Assembly: GCA_049699855.1 (NCBI GenBank)
Contig: JBNAWM010000022.1
Span: 1 to 15,230 of the forward strand
Direction: 5' to 3'
Source: Candidatus Cryosericum sp.
GTDB lineage: Bacteria; Caldisericota; Caldisericia; Cryosericales; Cryosericaceae
Length of the DNA: 15,230 bases
The notes under the pieces are model-generated. The model searched no databases and was not told the DNA's origin. It saw only the letters and a list, made by a program, of their open reading frames with translations. Made by a program: the position numbers and the translations under genes. Below are positions 14,279 to 15,230 of this stretch, in pieces (within the stretch, counting starts at the first letter, position 1; each line of letters opens with the position of its first letter).

Positions 14279-15184
14279 TTAAAGCCTTTTCTCGCTCACA
14301 ATCGTGATACCGTTTGCGAGCAGAAGCTGGCGTATGGCGTCAAGGTGTTCCGATATATCCGCAGTTGATGTGGAAGCGAGAATGAACTGCGCCTTGGAGG
14401 GGAACCTCTTGCCGTCCGTACTGAAGTTGAGGGAGGGTGAGGTTGCCTCGAATTCCACCAATTCATACTCATACTTCGATGCCAACTCTGCAAGCTTTCT
14501 CGGGATGTCCCGCTCAAGAATGTCCCCTAGCAGCTCGAATTTGACCCGCTGAGCGGCACTGGACACGAGCTTGTCCGCCTCGCTCTTGCGAAGGCCGTAT
14601 TCCGTATCCAGCTCCTGGATGACGGCTTCGCCCGCCAGCAGCTCTCCCGTGGCCATGTCATTGAGGCTGACAACCGCAGGCGCACCCTTCCAGCGATCCA
14701 GGATGAACTCACCTGCCAGGCCCATAATAATTGCCGTAGGTATGATCAGTGCCGTCCTTATCAGCGTGAACCTCCATCCGAGAAACTGCGCTTCCAACGG
14801 AATCAGGGGGGCTTTGCCGCTCCAAGCTGTCAAGAATGCCAGAATGGCGGAGTCGGAAGCTCCCTTGTCCTTCAGTGACTTCGTGAGCGGCAGCATGGTG
14901 AAGAGGGAGCCGCCGAGCAGGATCGGTATGGTCGATGCAAACGCAAACCTCTTCCAACCTGCGCTCTTGCCCAGGTACCTCGACAGCTGCTCTGGCGTCA
15001 CCCAGGCCTGGATCAGGCCGATGAAAAAGAACACCGAGATGATGATCCATGCAGCTCCTGCAAATGCCTTCCATGCGACTTTTGCAACCTGGACACTCTT
15101 CGCGACTGAAAATACGGCCACAAGGCCCCAGATGGCCAACCCAATCAGAATATAGATGACTGCTTCTTTCAGCATTTTTCTCAT
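14279..15184 (-). CDS. Predicted permease (DUF318/ArsP-like, short form) fused to a soluble C-terminal domain
   Basis: IGLIQAWVTPEQLSRYLGKSAG...GGSLFTMLPLTKSLKDKGAS..AILAFLTAW...LEAQFLGWRFTLIR, then about 130 polar residues. ATG 15184 follows AAGGCGG. Confidence 0.8.
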   Translation of the reverse strand: MRKMLKEAVIYILIGLAIWGLVAVFSVAKSVQVAKVAWKAFAGAAWIIISVFFFIGLIQAWVTPEQLSRYLGKSAGWKRFAFASTIPILLGGSLFTMLPLTKSLKDKGASDSAILAFLTAWSGKAPLIPLEAQFLGWRFTLIRTALIIPTAIIMGLAGEFILDRWKGAPAVVSLNDMATGELLAGEAVIQELDTEYGLRKSEADKLVSSAAQRVKFELLGDILERDIPRKLAELASKYEYELVEFEATSPSLNFSTDGKRFPSKAQFILASTSTADISEHLDAIRQLLLANGITIVSEKRL

Positions 15185-15230
15185 GGTTGACCGCCTTCTA
15201 CATGAAATACTTGAAAACAAGCCCGATCAG

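Overview
Bacterial chromosomal window (about 60% GC by eye) that is densely coding. I see no rRNA, tRNA, CRISPR array, transposase or integrase. Left to right: a GH5 glycoside hydrolase of the endoglycoceramidase-related (GH5_12-like) type, truncated by the left edge and absent from the ORF track; an unknown 157-161 aa protein; a Deinococcus-type mismatch uracil glycosylase; a long (630 aa) glutamine synthetase; mscL with a C-terminal zinc ribbon, divergent from a ktrB-ktrA K+ uptake operon; and, in that operon, a predicted lipoprotein with a beta-lactamase/serine-hydrolase fold, altered catalytic motifs and three SLH domains. These are followed by a 99 aa extremely acidic protein, a DUF4342 protein, an aldo/keto reductase, a YoaP-like GNAT, an LCP protein, a lower-GC pair (90 aa orphan plus MFS transporter) and a DUF318-type permease with an ACT/NIL-like tail. 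Most genes belong to known families. The most notable observations are the possible envelope/osmotic module (Zn-ribbon MscL and KtrBA plus a probable pseudo-enzyme SLH lipoprotein, driven by mirror-image divergent promoters), the hyperacidic protein and the permease fusion. All family calls come from recognising motifs by eye, not from database searches.
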